Origin: Coriobacteriia bacterium
GTDB lineage: Bacteria > Actinomycetota > Coriobacteriia > Anaerosomatales > PALSA-660
Assembly: GCA_030651905.1 (NCBI GenBank)
Contig: JAUSBS010000065.1
Span: forward strand, 1-61,514
Length of the DNA stretch: 61,514 nt
Reading direction: 5' to 3'
Below are positions 46,383 to 56,426 of this stretch, piece by piece (the stretch's first letter is position 1; each line of letters starts with the position of its first letter). The position numbers were made by a program, and so were the translations under genes. The notes below the pieces were generated by a model, which saw only the letters and a program-made list of their open reading frames with translations, had not been told where the DNA came from and searched no databases.

Positions 46383-47282
46383 TCAGCCCTCCGTCATGAT
46401 GCGCGCCGATCCGGCGAGTGAGGCCTCGGCGGCGGTCCGCATCACGTCACGCGGTGCACGGTTCTGCATGCCTTGGTTCCAGATCTCGATCGCGATCGCT
46501 CCCTGCGCGACGAGCATCCCGAGACCCCCGACCACACGCGCGCCCCGGGAAGTCGCGGCCGCCATGAACGGCGTGACCGCGGGACGGTACACCATATCGG
46601 CCACGATCTGACCGGGCTGGAGCCACTCCTGTGGGACTGGCAGCTCGTCGTCGGGACGCATCCCGAGCGGTGTCGCGTTGATGATGACGTCAGCCGCCTC
46701 GATGATCGCCTGGGCCTCCGGCCCGAACGCCACGGCATCCGCCTTCGTCTCCCGCAGCCGGTCGGAGAGGTTCTCGATCATGTCTTCGGCGATATGCACA
46801 CGCCGTCCTACCAGCGTCACCTGTCCGACGCGCTCGAGCACCATACCGACAAGCGCTGCTCCCGCTGCGCCTCCGGTGCCAAGGATGACCGCGCGCTTGC
46901 CCGCGGGCGCGAGAGCGGCCTCGTCCTTGAGCGACTCCATGAGGCCGCGACCGTCGGTGTTGTAGCCGATGAGCTTCCCGTCCACGACGTGGACGGTGTT
47001 GACCGCCCCGGCCAACTGGGCTGCGGTGGCCACCTCGTCGCATACATTCAGCATCACGCGCTTGTACGGCATCGTGACGTTGAAGCCGACGAACGGCAGG
47101 GCTCGAAGTGCGGTCGTCACACGGACGAGGTCCTGACCCTCGCGAACGGGCAGCGGCACGTACGCCCAGTTCAGGTTCATGGCCGCATAGGCGGCGTTGT
47201 GCATCGCGGGCGAGAGGGTATGGTCCAACGGCCAGCCTATGAGGCCCGCAAGCTTGGTGTTCGCGTCGATCATCATCGCCAC
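46383..47282 (-). CDS. aroE: Shikimate dehydrogenase
   Basis: 299 aa: GLIGWPLDHTLSPAMHNAAY and NVTMPYK. Confidence 0.9.
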   Translation of the reverse strand: MAMMIDANTKLAGLIGWPLDHTLSPAMHNAAYAAMNLNWAYVPLPVREGQDLVRVTTALRALPFVGFNVTMPYKRVMLNVCDEVATAAQLAGAVNTVHVVDGKLIGYNTDGRGLMESLKDEAALAPAGKRAVILGTGGAAGAALVGMVLERVGQVTLVGRRVHIAEDMIENLSDRLRETKADAVAFGPEAQAIIEAADVIINATPLGMRPDDELPVPQEWLQPGQIVADMVYRPAVTPFMAAATSRGARVVGGLGMLVAQGAIAIEIWNQGMQNRAPRDVMRTAAEASLAGSARIMTEG

Positions 47283-47326
47283 AGCTTCACTCGCCGACCT
47301 TCCTTGCGGGCTTTGCCAGACACGCG

Positions 47327-47818
47327 TCAGGCCAGCGGCACACGGTCTCCGAGGATGCCGCCCTCGAGCTTCCTGAGCAACAGCGTATGCGGTAGGTCTG
47401 TGGAGGACAACGGGCGCACGAGCACGGTGACCATTCCAAGCGCGTTGCCGCCAAGGATGTCGGTGAACAGCTGATCGCCGATGACGGCGGCTTGCGACCT
47501 GACCGCACCGAGACGTCGCAGTCCCGCCAGGAACGCGAATGGCAGCGGCTTGCCCGCCCGCGGTACCAGATCGAAGCCCAGCTCACACGCGGCCGAGTGT
47601 ACGCGCTTGTGCCAGTTGTTCGAGATGAGACACGCCTTCATACCCGCGTCCCGGACGCGACCCGCGAACGCCAGCGCGGGTGGAGGCAGTTGCGAGGTGT
47701 CGCGAGGAAGCAGCGTGTTGTCCAGATCGACCAGCAGTGCACTGACGCCGCGCGATGCGAGCTCCGTCAGGTCCACTGTGGCTATCGAGCTGTAGTAGAG
47801 ATCGGGGCTCAGGGACAT
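47327..47818 (-). CDS. YqeG-family HAD-IIIA phosphatase
   Basis: 163 aa with motifs LLVDLDNTLL, ISNN and GDQLFTDILGGN. Confidence 0.75.
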   Translation of the reverse strand: MSLSPDLYYSSIATVDLTELASRGVSALLVDLDNTLLPRDTSQLPPPALAFAGRVRDAGMKACLISNNWHKRVHSAACELGFDLVPRAGKPLPFAFLAGLRRLGAVRSQAAVIGDQLFTDILGGNALGMVTVLVRPLSSTDLPHTLLLRKLEGGILGDRVPLA

Positions 47819-47825
47819 AGCGTGC

Positions 47826-48482
47826 TCAGAACTGCTCGTCGGGATCGCGGAATCCGGGTGCGCCCCCGAGATCCGACTCGAGCAGGGCCGTCACCCGGTC
47901 CGTCTCGGCCACCTTGGCGGAGAGCCCGGCCTTCGCGTATATCTCACGCAGCATGCGGACGCCCTGCCACTGCTCGGTCGCGTCGGCCCACACCTGGTCC
48001 GGGCGCATCGCCAGATCGGCCTGCTCAACCGCCGCGCCGAGCTCACCTGCCCGCAGGAAGAGGATCTGCGCGAGTGCCGAGTGCAGCAGTCCCGAGCGCG
48101 GGTTGTTCGCCACGCCCTCCCGCGCGATCGCGATCGCATCGGCCTCCCTGCCGTTCGCGCGTACCACCCAGGGCGCGACGTAGTAAGCCTGTACGAACTG
48201 GGGATCGAGCGCCACGACGAGGCGAAGGTTCGGCAGGATGAACGTCTGCTCTTCGATGGGCTTGCCACCGTAGTACTCGTGGAACTGCGGCTCTATACGG
48301 TTCCATAGCAGCAGCGCGGCGAAGCGGCGAAGGCCCGTCAGATACGCGAAGCCCGCGCGGCCTGCCGCCGATCCGACCTGGGTCGCATCACTGCTCGCAA
48401 TACCGCCGTCGACCAGAGCCTGGCCACCGAGTATGCACGCCACGAGGAGGAGTGCGATCCACAAGGATAGGGGTCGGGCCAT
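47826..48482 (-). CDS. Signal-anchored helical-repeat (TPR-like) protein, unknown function
   Basis: The start is moved to ATG 48480-48482 (MARPLSLWIALLLVACILGG). The rest of the 483-aa track ORF is a shadow over the permease gene. Confidence 0.45.
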   Translation of the reverse strand: MARPLSLWIALLLVACILGGQALVDGGIASSDATQVGSAAGRAGFAYLTGLRRFAALLLWNRIEPQFHEYYGGKPIEEQTFILPNLRLVVALDPQFVQAYYVAPWVVRANGREADAIAIAREGVANNPRSGLLHSALAQILFLRAGELGAAVEQADLAMRPDQVWADATEQWQGVRMLREIYAKAGLSAKVAETDRVTALLESDLGGAPGFRDPDEQF

Positions 48483-48484
48483 CG

Positions 48485-49219
48485 TCACAGGTCTCGCCTC
48501 TGGAAACCGAGAGAACCCAGGATCAGCAGGACGCCCGCCCATCCCGTGAAGGCGAGAAGCATGCCGACGACTACGGTCGACCCGATGCCGGAGCCGTGGG
48601 CCACCGGGTTGATGACGTTGAACGCATCGAGCGACGGGTAGAGCGACCGCGCCAGCGAAGGGCTGCTGCCCAGCACACCGTCCCTCGAGTGGCCGATGAA
48701 GAGCATCGTCAACGTCGACACGACGACCACCACGGGACCGGAGAGCGTGGAGACCGCGATGGCGAAAGCCGCCAGGACCCCCATCTCGAGCCAGATCGCC
48801 AGTGCGCCCTGCCACAGCTGCCACATGGCTTCCTGATAGCGGATCAGACCGACGAGCTGCTCGATCGCGGTGAAGCCGGTGATGGCGGCTGCCGAGACAG
48901 CCGCGACGCCCAGCCAGGTGCCCACGATGTAGTCGAGACGCGCAACCGGCTTGGCCAGCACGTTGTAGACGGTCCGACGGTCGACCTCTCCCGGTACGCG
49001 GGTGGCCGCGATCGAGAGCGTGAGTACAAGAGCGCCCGTGAAGGTGAGCGCCAGCGCGACCTCCCGGTACGAACCCACAGCGACCCCGACGCCGTAGGTC
49101 GGCAGCGAGGGGATGGCCAGCGCCAGCGCGGCTCCGAAGAACACGACCACGTAGAAGACCCGCTGGCGCACGGCGTCCATGAACACGGCGCCGGCGATCG
49201 AGGTCAGCCGTCCGATCAT
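48485..49219 (-). CDS. ABC-2-type transporter permease
   Basis: 244 aa with about 6 TM helices. ATGA overlap with the ATPase gene. Confidence 0.65.
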   Translation of the reverse strand: MIGRLTSIAGAVFMDAVRQRVFYVVVFFGAALALAIPSLPTYGVGVAVGSYREVALALTFTGALVLTLSIAATRVPGEVDRRTVYNVLAKPVARLDYIVGTWLGVAAVSAAAITGFTAIEQLVGLIRYQEAMWQLWQGALAIWLEMGVLAAFAIAVSTLSGPVVVVVSTLTMLFIGHSRDGVLGSSPSLARSLYPSLDAFNVINPVAHGSGIGSTVVVGMLLAFTGWAGVLLILGSLGFQRRDL

Positions 49220-50172
49220 CGCGCCACCTCCGCTTCTGGTGCAGGACGCTCGAGAAGTCGCGTGAAGTAGTCCTCAAGGGACTCCCGCTTCGGGGCTACG
49301 GCCAGCAGGCGCCCGCCGGCGTCGTCTATCACGTCGACGACCGAGCGCACCTGGTCGTCACGCACGGAGAAGACCCACACCCCGCCCGACACGGCGACAT
49401 CGTCGGTCATTCCGGACACAGCGGCGGGAAGACCTTCGGGTAGACCCGAGACGCGTACGGACGTCCGTCCCGCGATGTTGAGCAAGTCGTCCAAGCGCCC
49501 CTCCGCCGCGAGACGGCCGCGATCGAGGATCGACACCCGGTCGCAGACGGCCTCGACCTCGGAGAGTTGGTGGGAGGACAGCAGGACCGTGGTCCCGGCT
49601 GCCTTGAGATCGAGCATCAGGTTGCGCACGTCGCGCTGGCCGACCGGGTCGAGCCCGGATGCCGGCTCGTCAAGGATGACGACGGACGGGGAACCGACGA
49701 GCGCCTGTGCGATGCCGAGGCGCTGGAGCATCCCTCTCGAGAAGGACGCCAGTCGGGCGTGACCGTGCCGCTCCAGGCCGACGCGCTCGAGCAGTTCGCT
49801 CGAACGCGCCGCGCGTGATTCGGACGAGACGCCCGCCAGTCGCGCGTAGAGCCGCATCACCTGGATGGCTGTCAACTGGCTCGGGAAGTACGGCTGCTCG
49901 GGAAGGAAGCCGAGCGCCGCGCGGTTGGCGGGGACCCGAGACGGCTTGCCTAGAACCTCGAAGCTCCCTGCCGTCGGCAGGACCAGACCGAGGAGCATCT
50001 TCAGCGTCGTGGTCTTGCCGGCCCCGTTCGGACCCAGCAGGCCGTGTATAGCGCCCTGCGGGACCTCGATGGAGACATCCTCGACGGCAGTACGCGAAGC
50101 GCTCCACGGCGCAGGCTGGTATACCTTGCGCGCTCCCGAGACGAGGATGGCAGGGGCGGCCGGTCCGTTCAC
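49216..50172 (-). CDS. ABC transporter ATP-binding protein
   Basis: 318 aa with GLLGPNGAGKTT, the signature-like FSRGMLQR, and VVILDEPASGLD. Confidence 0.85.
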   Translation of the reverse strand: MNGPAAPAILVSGARKVYQPAPWSASRTAVEDVSIEVPQGAIHGLLGPNGAGKTTTLKMLLGLVLPTAGSFEVLGKPSRVPANRAALGFLPEQPYFPSQLTAIQVMRLYARLAGVSSESRAARSSELLERVGLERHGHARLASFSRGMLQRLGIAQALVGSPSVVILDEPASGLDPVGQRDVRNLMLDLKAAGTTVLLSSHQLSEVEAVCDRVSILDRGRLAAEGRLDDLLNIAGRTSVRVSGLPEGLPAAVSGMTDDVAVSGGVWVFSVRDDQVRSVVDVIDDAGGRLLAVAPKRESLEDYFTRLLERPAPEAEVAR

Positions 50173-51371
50173 TTCAGTCCCCTCTCGGCCTGTGCCTTGT
50201 AGCGCAGATGCTCGTTCAGCGTCTTCGCGAAACTGTGCGAGCCGTCCTTGTGCGTCAAGACGTAGTACAGGTAGTCCGAGGTGGCGGGGGCCGCGGCAGC
50301 CTCGAGAGATGCCAGCCCAGGACTCGCGATCGGCCCCGGAGGTAGCCCCTTGTGCAGATACGTGTTGTACGGACTCTCCACACGAAGATCCTTGTACAGC
50401 AGTCGCGGCTTGTTGCCCACGACGAACTGAACGGTCGCACAGATCTCGAGCATCATGTTCCGCTTGAGCCGGTTGTAGATGACCGACGAGATGAGCGGTC
50501 GATCCTGCGCGACGCGCGCCTCGCGCTCGATGATCGACGCGATGGTCACGATGTCGTGCATGTCGAGCCCGCGCTCGGCAGCAAGGCTCATGTCGAGGGC
50601 CGCGGTCTCCTTCCCGAACTGCTCGAGCATGACGTTGGCGATGTCGTGAGCATTGCTCCCAACCTTGATGCGATACGTCTTTGGAAACAGGTACCCCTGC
50701 AGTGATCCGGTCGTGTTGTCCGCGAGGAAGGCATGATCGAACTGGCTGGCGCCGGTCGCTGCGAGCTGCTCGAACTCCGCAGCGGGTATCCCCGCCTTCT
50801 CCTCGACGCGCTTCGCGATCTGGGGGATCGTCCAGCCCTCCGGTATGGCGAGCGTGAAGTACTCGATGGGAGGCCCGGCGCGCAGCGCGCGCGCTGCGGC
50901 TTCATAGTCCATGCCGGTCGTCAGGTCGTAGACGCCTGCCTTGAGTGGCGCTGTCTCGCCCGACATCCGCAAAGAGACGCGGAACATCAGCGGGTTGCCG
51001 ATCACCCCCGAGTTCGCGAGCAGCTCCCCGATCTCGCTGGTGCTGGCGCCCTTGGGGATCTCCATCTGCACGGGCTGACCGGGAGCCGTCTCCACCACGG
51101 GTGCGAACAGCGCGAAGTAGACGGCGGCGGCTGCACCCGCGAGCACGACGACCAGGAAGAGCAGTGCCGCCAGACAACCACGGCGCTTGCGCTTGGGTCC
51201 CGCGCCGGGACGGCGCTGACCCCGGGCGGGCGGGCGGGCGTCCGGGCGCGCTACGCGCGAACCCTGACGCCTCATGGGGCGCGTGTCCGCGGTCCGGGTC
51301 TGATCCCGCCGTATCGCCTCGTCTGTCGCTCCAGCGGGCATGTCGTCGCTCATATGGTCCCTCTCGTTCAC
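50169..51371 (-). CDS. mltG: Endolytic murein transglycosylase MltG (YceG-like)
   Basis: 400 aa with a basic, disordered N-terminus, a TM helix and a YceG domain ending ESPYNTYLHKGLPPGPIASPG. Confidence 0.85.
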   Translation of the reverse strand: MNERDHMSDDMPAGATDEAIRRDQTRTADTRPMRRQGSRVARPDARPPARGQRRPGAGPKRKRRGCLAALLFLVVVLAGAAAAVYFALFAPVVETAPGQPVQMEIPKGASTSEIGELLANSGVIGNPLMFRVSLRMSGETAPLKAGVYDLTTGMDYEAAARALRAGPPIEYFTLAIPEGWTIPQIAKRVEEKAGIPAAEFEQLAATGASQFDHAFLADNTTGSLQGYLFPKTYRIKVGSNAHDIANVMLEQFGKETAALDMSLAAERGLDMHDIVTIASIIEREARVAQDRPLISSVIYNRLKRNMMLEICATVQFVVGNKPRLLYKDLRVESPYNTYLHKGLPPGPIASPGLASLEAAAAPATSDYLYYVLTHKDGSHSFAKTLNEHLRYKAQAERGLK

Positions 51372-51784
51372 GACGCGGCCTGCGCGTCGAGATACGTCTG
51401 CAGAAGCAGCGCTGCGGCCACCATGTCGACCCGGCCACGGCGCGCCCGTGAGTCCGCACCGGCCTCACTCATCGCCCGCTCGGCCGCCTTCGAGGTGAGC
51501 CGCTCATCTTGGTATGCGACCGCCATGCCGAGACGAAGGGCCAGCATCTCCGCCGTGCGCCTCACCTCGCGTGCCTGCGCACCCTCGTCGCCCGACAGCG
51601 TGAGCGGAAGACCGACCACCATGCGCTGGACCTCGTAGTCCTCGACGATCCGTCGTATCGCTCCGATGTCCGCCGCGACCTCACGGGCATCGAGTACCGA
51701 CAGCGGGGTCGCGACGCGTCCGGAAGGGTCTGAGATGGCGACGCCTATCCGCTTCTCTCCGATGTCGAGCCCGAGTGTCCGCAT
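51368..51784 (-). CDS. ruvX: Putative pre-16S rRNA nuclease / Holliday junction resolvase-like RuvX (YqgF)
   Basis: The start is moved to ATG 51782-51784 (MRTLGLDIGEKRIGVAISDP). Confidence 0.9.
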   Translation of the reverse strand: MRTLGLDIGEKRIGVAISDPSGRVATPLSVLDAREVAADIGAIRRIVEDYEVQRMVVGLPLTLSGDEGAQAREVRRTAEMLALRLGMAVAYQDERLTSKAAERAMSEAGADSRARRGRVDMVAAALLLQTYLDAQAAS

Positions 51785-51791
51785 GGGAACG

Positions 51792-54419
51792 CTAGCGTGC
51801 CACCAGCATGCCGCGCGCCACTTCGAGCGCCGCGGGGATGCCGTCCGCGGACTTGCCGCCGGCCTGCGCCATCTGCGGCTTTCCGCCGCCTCCCCCGCCG
51901 ACGCTCGGCGCGATCGCCTTGATGAGCGCGCCCGCGTCGAATCCGGCGGCGACGGCGTCGTCCGAGCCGGCCGCCAGCAGCAGCGCGCTCCCGTCGATGG
52001 CGGCGGCGAGCACAACGGCCCCGCCGGGAAGTCTCCCGCGCAACGCGTCGGCCATCTCCCGAAGCGCGCTCGTGTCGGCGGCCTCGACCTCGGCGACAAC
52101 GACGGGGTAGCCGGCGTCGAAGGCCTGTGCGACGAGGCCGTCCAGCTCGCCCGTGCCGCCTCGCCGCTTCGCCTCCGCGAGCGCTCTCTCGGTCTCACGT
52201 AGGCGCTTCTGAAGCGCAGCGGCCTTCTCGGCGGCCTCCGCGGGGCGGCACTTGAGCGAATCCGCCACCCGGGCCAGGACGTCTTCCTCCGTGCGGACCG
52301 CCTCGAGGGCGTCGAAGCTTGTCGCCGCCTCGATGCGACGCAGGCTCGCGCCGACAGAACCCTCGGAGATGATCTTGAGCAGCCCGATCTCGGTGGTCCG
52401 GGCCACGTGTGTCCCGCCGCACAGCTCCTTGCTGAAGTTACCGACCTCGAGCACCCGCACGATGTCGCCGTACTTCTCGCCGAACAGTGCGGTCACACCC
52501 GCCTCCCGGGCGCTGGCCAGCGACGTCTCGTACGCTCGGACGGGATGATCCTCCATGATCTTGGCGTTGACCATGCGCTCGACCTTCGCCAGCTGCTCGG
52601 GGGTCATCCCCTCGAAATGCGTGAAGTCGAATCGCAGGTACTCGGGCGAGACGAACGATCCCGATTGCCTGACATGGTCGCCGAGTACGAGCCGCAGGGC
52701 CCACTGGAGGATGTGGGTGGCCGTGTGATTCCGGCGGATGCGCTCGCGCCGCAGGTGGTCGATCGCTGCATGGACCGACTGGCCGACAGCCATCGGCCGT
52801 CCCTCGTTCTCGAGTATCCCGGCGTGCGCCACGATCCCGGCGCCCGGCAGCCTCGTGGCCTCGACGGTGAAGACAGAGCCTTCCGCGACGATCGAGCCGG
52901 TGTCGCCCACCTGACCACCCTGCTCGCCGTAGAACGGCGTGGCGTCGAGGATCACGTCGCCGCGCTCGCCCGGCTCGAGACGCTCCCGAAGCTGGCCATC
53001 GATCACGATGCCGACAACGATGGCGTCGGTCTCGTCCACCTCGTAGCCGACGAAGTCCGACGCTCCCGATGTGGAGGCTATCCCCGAGAAGGCATGGCCG
53101 AACGAGTTCCAGGACTCGTCCTTCACGGCCGCGCGAGCGCGTTCACGCTGCGCCGTCATCTGTGCCTCGAATCCGGTCATATCCACGGTCAGCCCTGCTT
53201 CGGCAGCGATCTCGGCCGTGAGTTCGATCGGGAATCCGAAGGTGTCGTGAAGTGCGAACGCTACGCCGCCGTCGAGTTCACGGTCGTCGTTCTGCTGAGT
53301 GCGCAGCACTTCGGCGTCGAGCAGGATCAGTCCTTGCCGAAGCGTGGCGCCGAAGCGATGCTCCTCCGCCGAGACGATCCGAGAGATGAGCCCATGGTGT
53401 TCGACGACTTCCGGATACGCCGGCCCCATGAGCGCCACCACGACGTCGACGAGGCGACCCAGGAAGTCGTCCTCCACACCGAGGAGTCTGCCGTGCCGCA
53501 CCGCACGCCGCAGGACACGGCGAAGGACATAGCCGCGTCCCTCGTTGGACGGGAGTACCCCATCGGCGATGAGGAACGTGACGGCGCGGGCATGGTCCGC
53601 GAGGATGCGCAGGCTGACGTCGGTCTTCTCGGCGACCCCGTAGGTCTTCCCGGTCACGGCCTCCGCTTCATCCATGATGGCCTTGAGAACGTCGGTCTCG
53701 AAGTTGGAGGAGGCGCCTTGCAGGATGGTCGCCACGCGCTCGAGACCCATGCCCGTGTCGATGTTCTTCTTCGGCAACGGCACGAGTGTGCCGTCCTCCT
53801 GCCGGTCGTACTGCATGAAGACGAGGTTCCAGTACTCGAGGAACCGATCGCAGTCGCAACCGGGCGCGCAGTCGGGCGACCCGCAGCCGACCTCGGGCCC
53901 CTGGTCGTAGTAGAGCTCGGAGCAGGGGCCGCATGGGCCCGTCGGACCTGCGGACCAGAAGTTGTCCTTGGCCCCCATCCGCACGATCCGGTCTGGGCGC
54001 ACGCCGACCTCGTCGCGCCAGATCGCCTCGGCCTCGTCGTCGTCCTCATAGATCGAGAACCACAGGCGGTCGACGTCGAAACCCAGGACGCTCGTCGAGT
54101 ACTCGTACGCCCAGGCGCACGCCTCGCTCTTGAAGTAGTCACCGAAGCTGAAGTTGCCGAGCATCTCGAAGAAGCTGTGATGGCGCCCCGTCGTCCCGAT
54201 GATGTCGATGTCGGTCGTACGCGCGCACTTCTGGCACGTGGTCGCACGGGTGAAGCCCAGGTCGCTCACACCGAGGAAGACCGGCTTGAACTGGACCATC
54301 CCTGCCGAGGTGAGAAGCAGGGACGGGTCGTCGGGGATGAGCGAACTCGACGGCCGCCGCACGCAGCCCTTCGACTCGAAGAACGACAAGAAGCTCTCGC
54401 GGATGTCGGCCGACTTCAT
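51792..54419 (-). CDS. alaS: Alanine--tRNA ligase
   Basis: The start is moved to ATG 54417-54419 (MKSADIRESFLSFFESKG). Confidence 0.95.
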   Translation of the reverse strand: MKSADIRESFLSFFESKGCVRRPSSSLIPDDPSLLLTSAGMVQFKPVFLGVSDLGFTRATTCQKCARTTDIDIIGTTGRHHSFFEMLGNFSFGDYFKSEACAWAYEYSTSVLGFDVDRLWFSIYEDDDEAEAIWRDEVGVRPDRIVRMGAKDNFWSAGPTGPCGPCSELYYDQGPEVGCGSPDCAPGCDCDRFLEYWNLVFMQYDRQEDGTLVPLPKKNIDTGMGLERVATILQGASSNFETDVLKAIMDEAEAVTGKTYGVAEKTDVSLRILADHARAVTFLIADGVLPSNEGRGYVLRRVLRRAVRHGRLLGVEDDFLGRLVDVVVALMGPAYPEVVEHHGLISRIVSAEEHRFGATLRQGLILLDAEVLRTQQNDDRELDGGVAFALHDTFGFPIELTAEIAAEAGLTVDMTGFEAQMTAQRERARAAVKDESWNSFGHAFSGIASTSGASDFVGYEVDETDAIVVGIVIDGQLRERLEPGERGDVILDATPFYGEQGGQVGDTGSIVAEGSVFTVEATRLPGAGIVAHAGILENEGRPMAVGQSVHAAIDHLRRERIRRNHTATHILQWALRLVLGDHVRQSGSFVSPEYLRFDFTHFEGMTPEQLAKVERMVNAKIMEDHPVRAYETSLASAREAGVTALFGEKYGDIVRVLEVGNFSKELCGGTHVARTTEIGLLKIISEGSVGASLRRIEAATSFDALEAVRTEEDVLARVADSLKCRPAEAAEKAAALQKRLRETERALAEAKRRGGTGELDGLVAQAFDAGYPVVVAEVEAADTSALREMADALRGRLPGGAVVLAAAIDGSALLLAAGSDDAVAAGFDAGALIKAIAPSVGGGGGGKPQMAQAGGKSADGIPAALEVARGMLVAR

Positions 54420-54427
54420 CGCTCGCG

Positions 54428-55615
54428 TCACGACTCTCCTTCGCGTTCCGGCTGCTGGCCGGTACCGTCCTCGACGCTCGCGCCGTCCTCGTCGCCCTTC
54501 GGGGTACGGAACAAGACGCCGTCCTCCGTGCAAAGGCTCTGCTGGGTCCGGCGTTCGTAGTAGTACACGAACAGTCCCTTGCAGATGGCCGCCACCGGCA
54601 CCGCCAGCAACATGCCCGGGACACCGAACAGTGTGGCCCCGGTGAGCAGGGAGAATACCACGAGCACCGGATGGAGGTCGACGTTCTTGGACATGATGCG
54701 CGGGTAGAGCAAGAGGCTATCGAACTGCTGCACGCCGAAGACGATCGCAACCGCCCACAGGGCGAGCCAGGGACTGCCCCCGAAGAGCCCCGCGAGTCCG
54801 GCGAGAGCGGCCGCGACCACCGGACCCAGGTAGGGAACGATGTTGAGCACACCGCCGATGATGCCGATGGCGAATCCGTACGGGACGCCGAGGACGGTCA
54901 GTCCCGTCGCGATGAGCGCACCGACCACGAGCGTGTCGATGAAGGCCCCTCGCATCCAACCTCCGAGGATGCGCGAGACCGTGGCCACGCCATGGGCCGT
55001 CTCTTCGCGGAAGCGCTCAGGAACGATCCGCATGCCCTCCTCGAGGAGCTTCGGCAGATCGAGGAGCGTGTAGAAAGCGACGATGAGCGCGAGCACCACG
55101 TCGATGACGAGGGTGACGATCTGGCTCCCCGCCGCGAACGCTATCGTGATGCTCTGGCTCGATATGGAGCCGATCGACTTGACCGTCGTGTCCTTCAGGT
55201 TGAGGACCGCAGTGGTGACCCAGCCCGGCACCACCGGAGTTCCCTGCGGCTGCGTCACCTGAAGCCAAAGCTTGTAGGCCTTGTCCAGATACCCGGGCAG
55301 CGCCGTTGCCAGCGCACCGATCTGCTCTCCGAACGCCGGCAGTATGAACAGCATGGCCACCGTCACGACGATGACGGCGCCGAGGTAGCACACCGCGATG
55401 GCCAGCGCCCTCGGGACGCGATGGCGAGCGAGCCGGTCCACGGGCCCGCGCAGCACGACGACGAGTGCGAGCGCGAGCCCGAAGGGAACGAGAGCCCCCG
55501 CCAGTCGTCCGATCACCGTACCGACAAGGTAGAGGAGCGCGAGCACGCCGATGGTGGCCCACACCTCGATCGCAAGCGCGGTCCAGCGTTCACGGCGAGA
55601 CCCCAGCGTGGTCAT
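54428..55615 (-). CDS. AI-2E family (PerM-like) transporter
   Basis: 395 aa with about 8 TM helices and a family-typical C-terminal half (VPYLGPVV...). Confidence 0.75.
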   Translation of the reverse strand: MTTLGSRRERWTALAIEVWATIGVLALLYLVGTVIGRLAGALVPFGLALALVVVLRGPVDRLARHRVPRALAIAVCYLGAVIVVTVAMLFILPAFGEQIGALATALPGYLDKAYKLWLQVTQPQGTPVVPGWVTTAVLNLKDTTVKSIGSISSQSITIAFAAGSQIVTLVIDVVLALIVAFYTLLDLPKLLEEGMRIVPERFREETAHGVATVSRILGGWMRGAFIDTLVVGALIATGLTVLGVPYGFAIGIIGGVLNIVPYLGPVVAAALAGLAGLFGGSPWLALWAVAIVFGVQQFDSLLLYPRIMSKNVDLHPVLVVFSLLTGATLFGVPGMLLAVPVAAICKGLFVYYYERRTQQSLCTEDGVLFRTPKGDEDGASVEDGTGQQPEREGES

Positions 55616-55619
55616 CGGA

Positions 55620-56420
55620 CTACTCCGTCCCGTCGGCGACGAGGTTCTCCCTCAGTACCCGCAATGTCCGTCGCAGAAGCCGTGACACCTGCATCTGCGA
55701 TATCTGCATCTGGCGGGCGATCTCCGTCTGCGTGAGGCCTTGGAAGAAGCGCAGATACAGGACCTTCTGCTCCTGCGCTGTGAGCAGCTTCAACGCCAGC
55801 GACAGTGTCGCCCTATCGTCGACCACGGCCATCAGCGCGTCGTTCTTGCCGATGTATTCCAGGATCGAGAACGACTCCGCGCCGTCCGTGTTGCGGTCGC
55901 TCTCGAGCGAGACGAAGTTGTACGCCTCCGACGTCTCGAGCGCTTCCAGGACATCATCGGGCGTCACTTCGAGGTACTCCGCGATCTCAGGGACGGTCGG
56001 CGTACGCTGCAGCCGCTGCGTGAGCGCGTCGATCCCCTGATTGACTTTGAACGACAGCTCCTGCAGGCGGCGGGGGACCTTGATCGCCCAGCCCTTGTCG
56101 CGGAAGTAGCGCTTGAGCTCTCCGACGATCGTAGGGGTCGCATACGTTGTGAACTCGACGGCGCGCTCGATGTCGAAGCGGTCGATGGCCTTGATCAGCC
56201 CGATCGTGCCGACTTGGATGAGGTCGTCGATCGGCTCGCCCCGGTTGCGGAAGCGACTCGCCAGGTACTTGACGAGGTTGAGGTACATCTCGACCAGCTC
56301 ATCGCGGGCGTCCTCGTCACCGCTCATGCGATAGCGCACGAACAGCTCTCGCGTGAGCACCTTGTCCCATACGAGCTTGCGCGACGCCTTCCTGCGGCGG
56401 GTCGTCGGGCTTCCCGTCAC
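55620..56420 (-). CDS. Group 3 sigma-70 factor (SigB/SigF-like)
   Basis: 266 aa. Region 2 reads DLIQVGTIGLIKAIDRFD...FTTYATPTIVGELKRYFRD. Region 4 reads TQTEIARQMQISQMQVSRLL. Confidence 0.85.
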   Translation of the reverse strand: MTGSPTTRRRKASRKLVWDKVLTRELFVRYRMSGDEDARDELVEMYLNLVKYLASRFRNRGEPIDDLIQVGTIGLIKAIDRFDIERAVEFTTYATPTIVGELKRYFRDKGWAIKVPRRLQELSFKVNQGIDALTQRLQRTPTVPEIAEYLEVTPDDVLEALETSEAYNFVSLESDRNTDGAESFSILEYIGKNDALMAVVDDRATLSLALKLLTAQEQKVLYLRFFQGLTQTEIARQMQISQMQVSRLLRRTLRVLRENLVADGTE

Positions 56421-56426
56421 GGCCGG

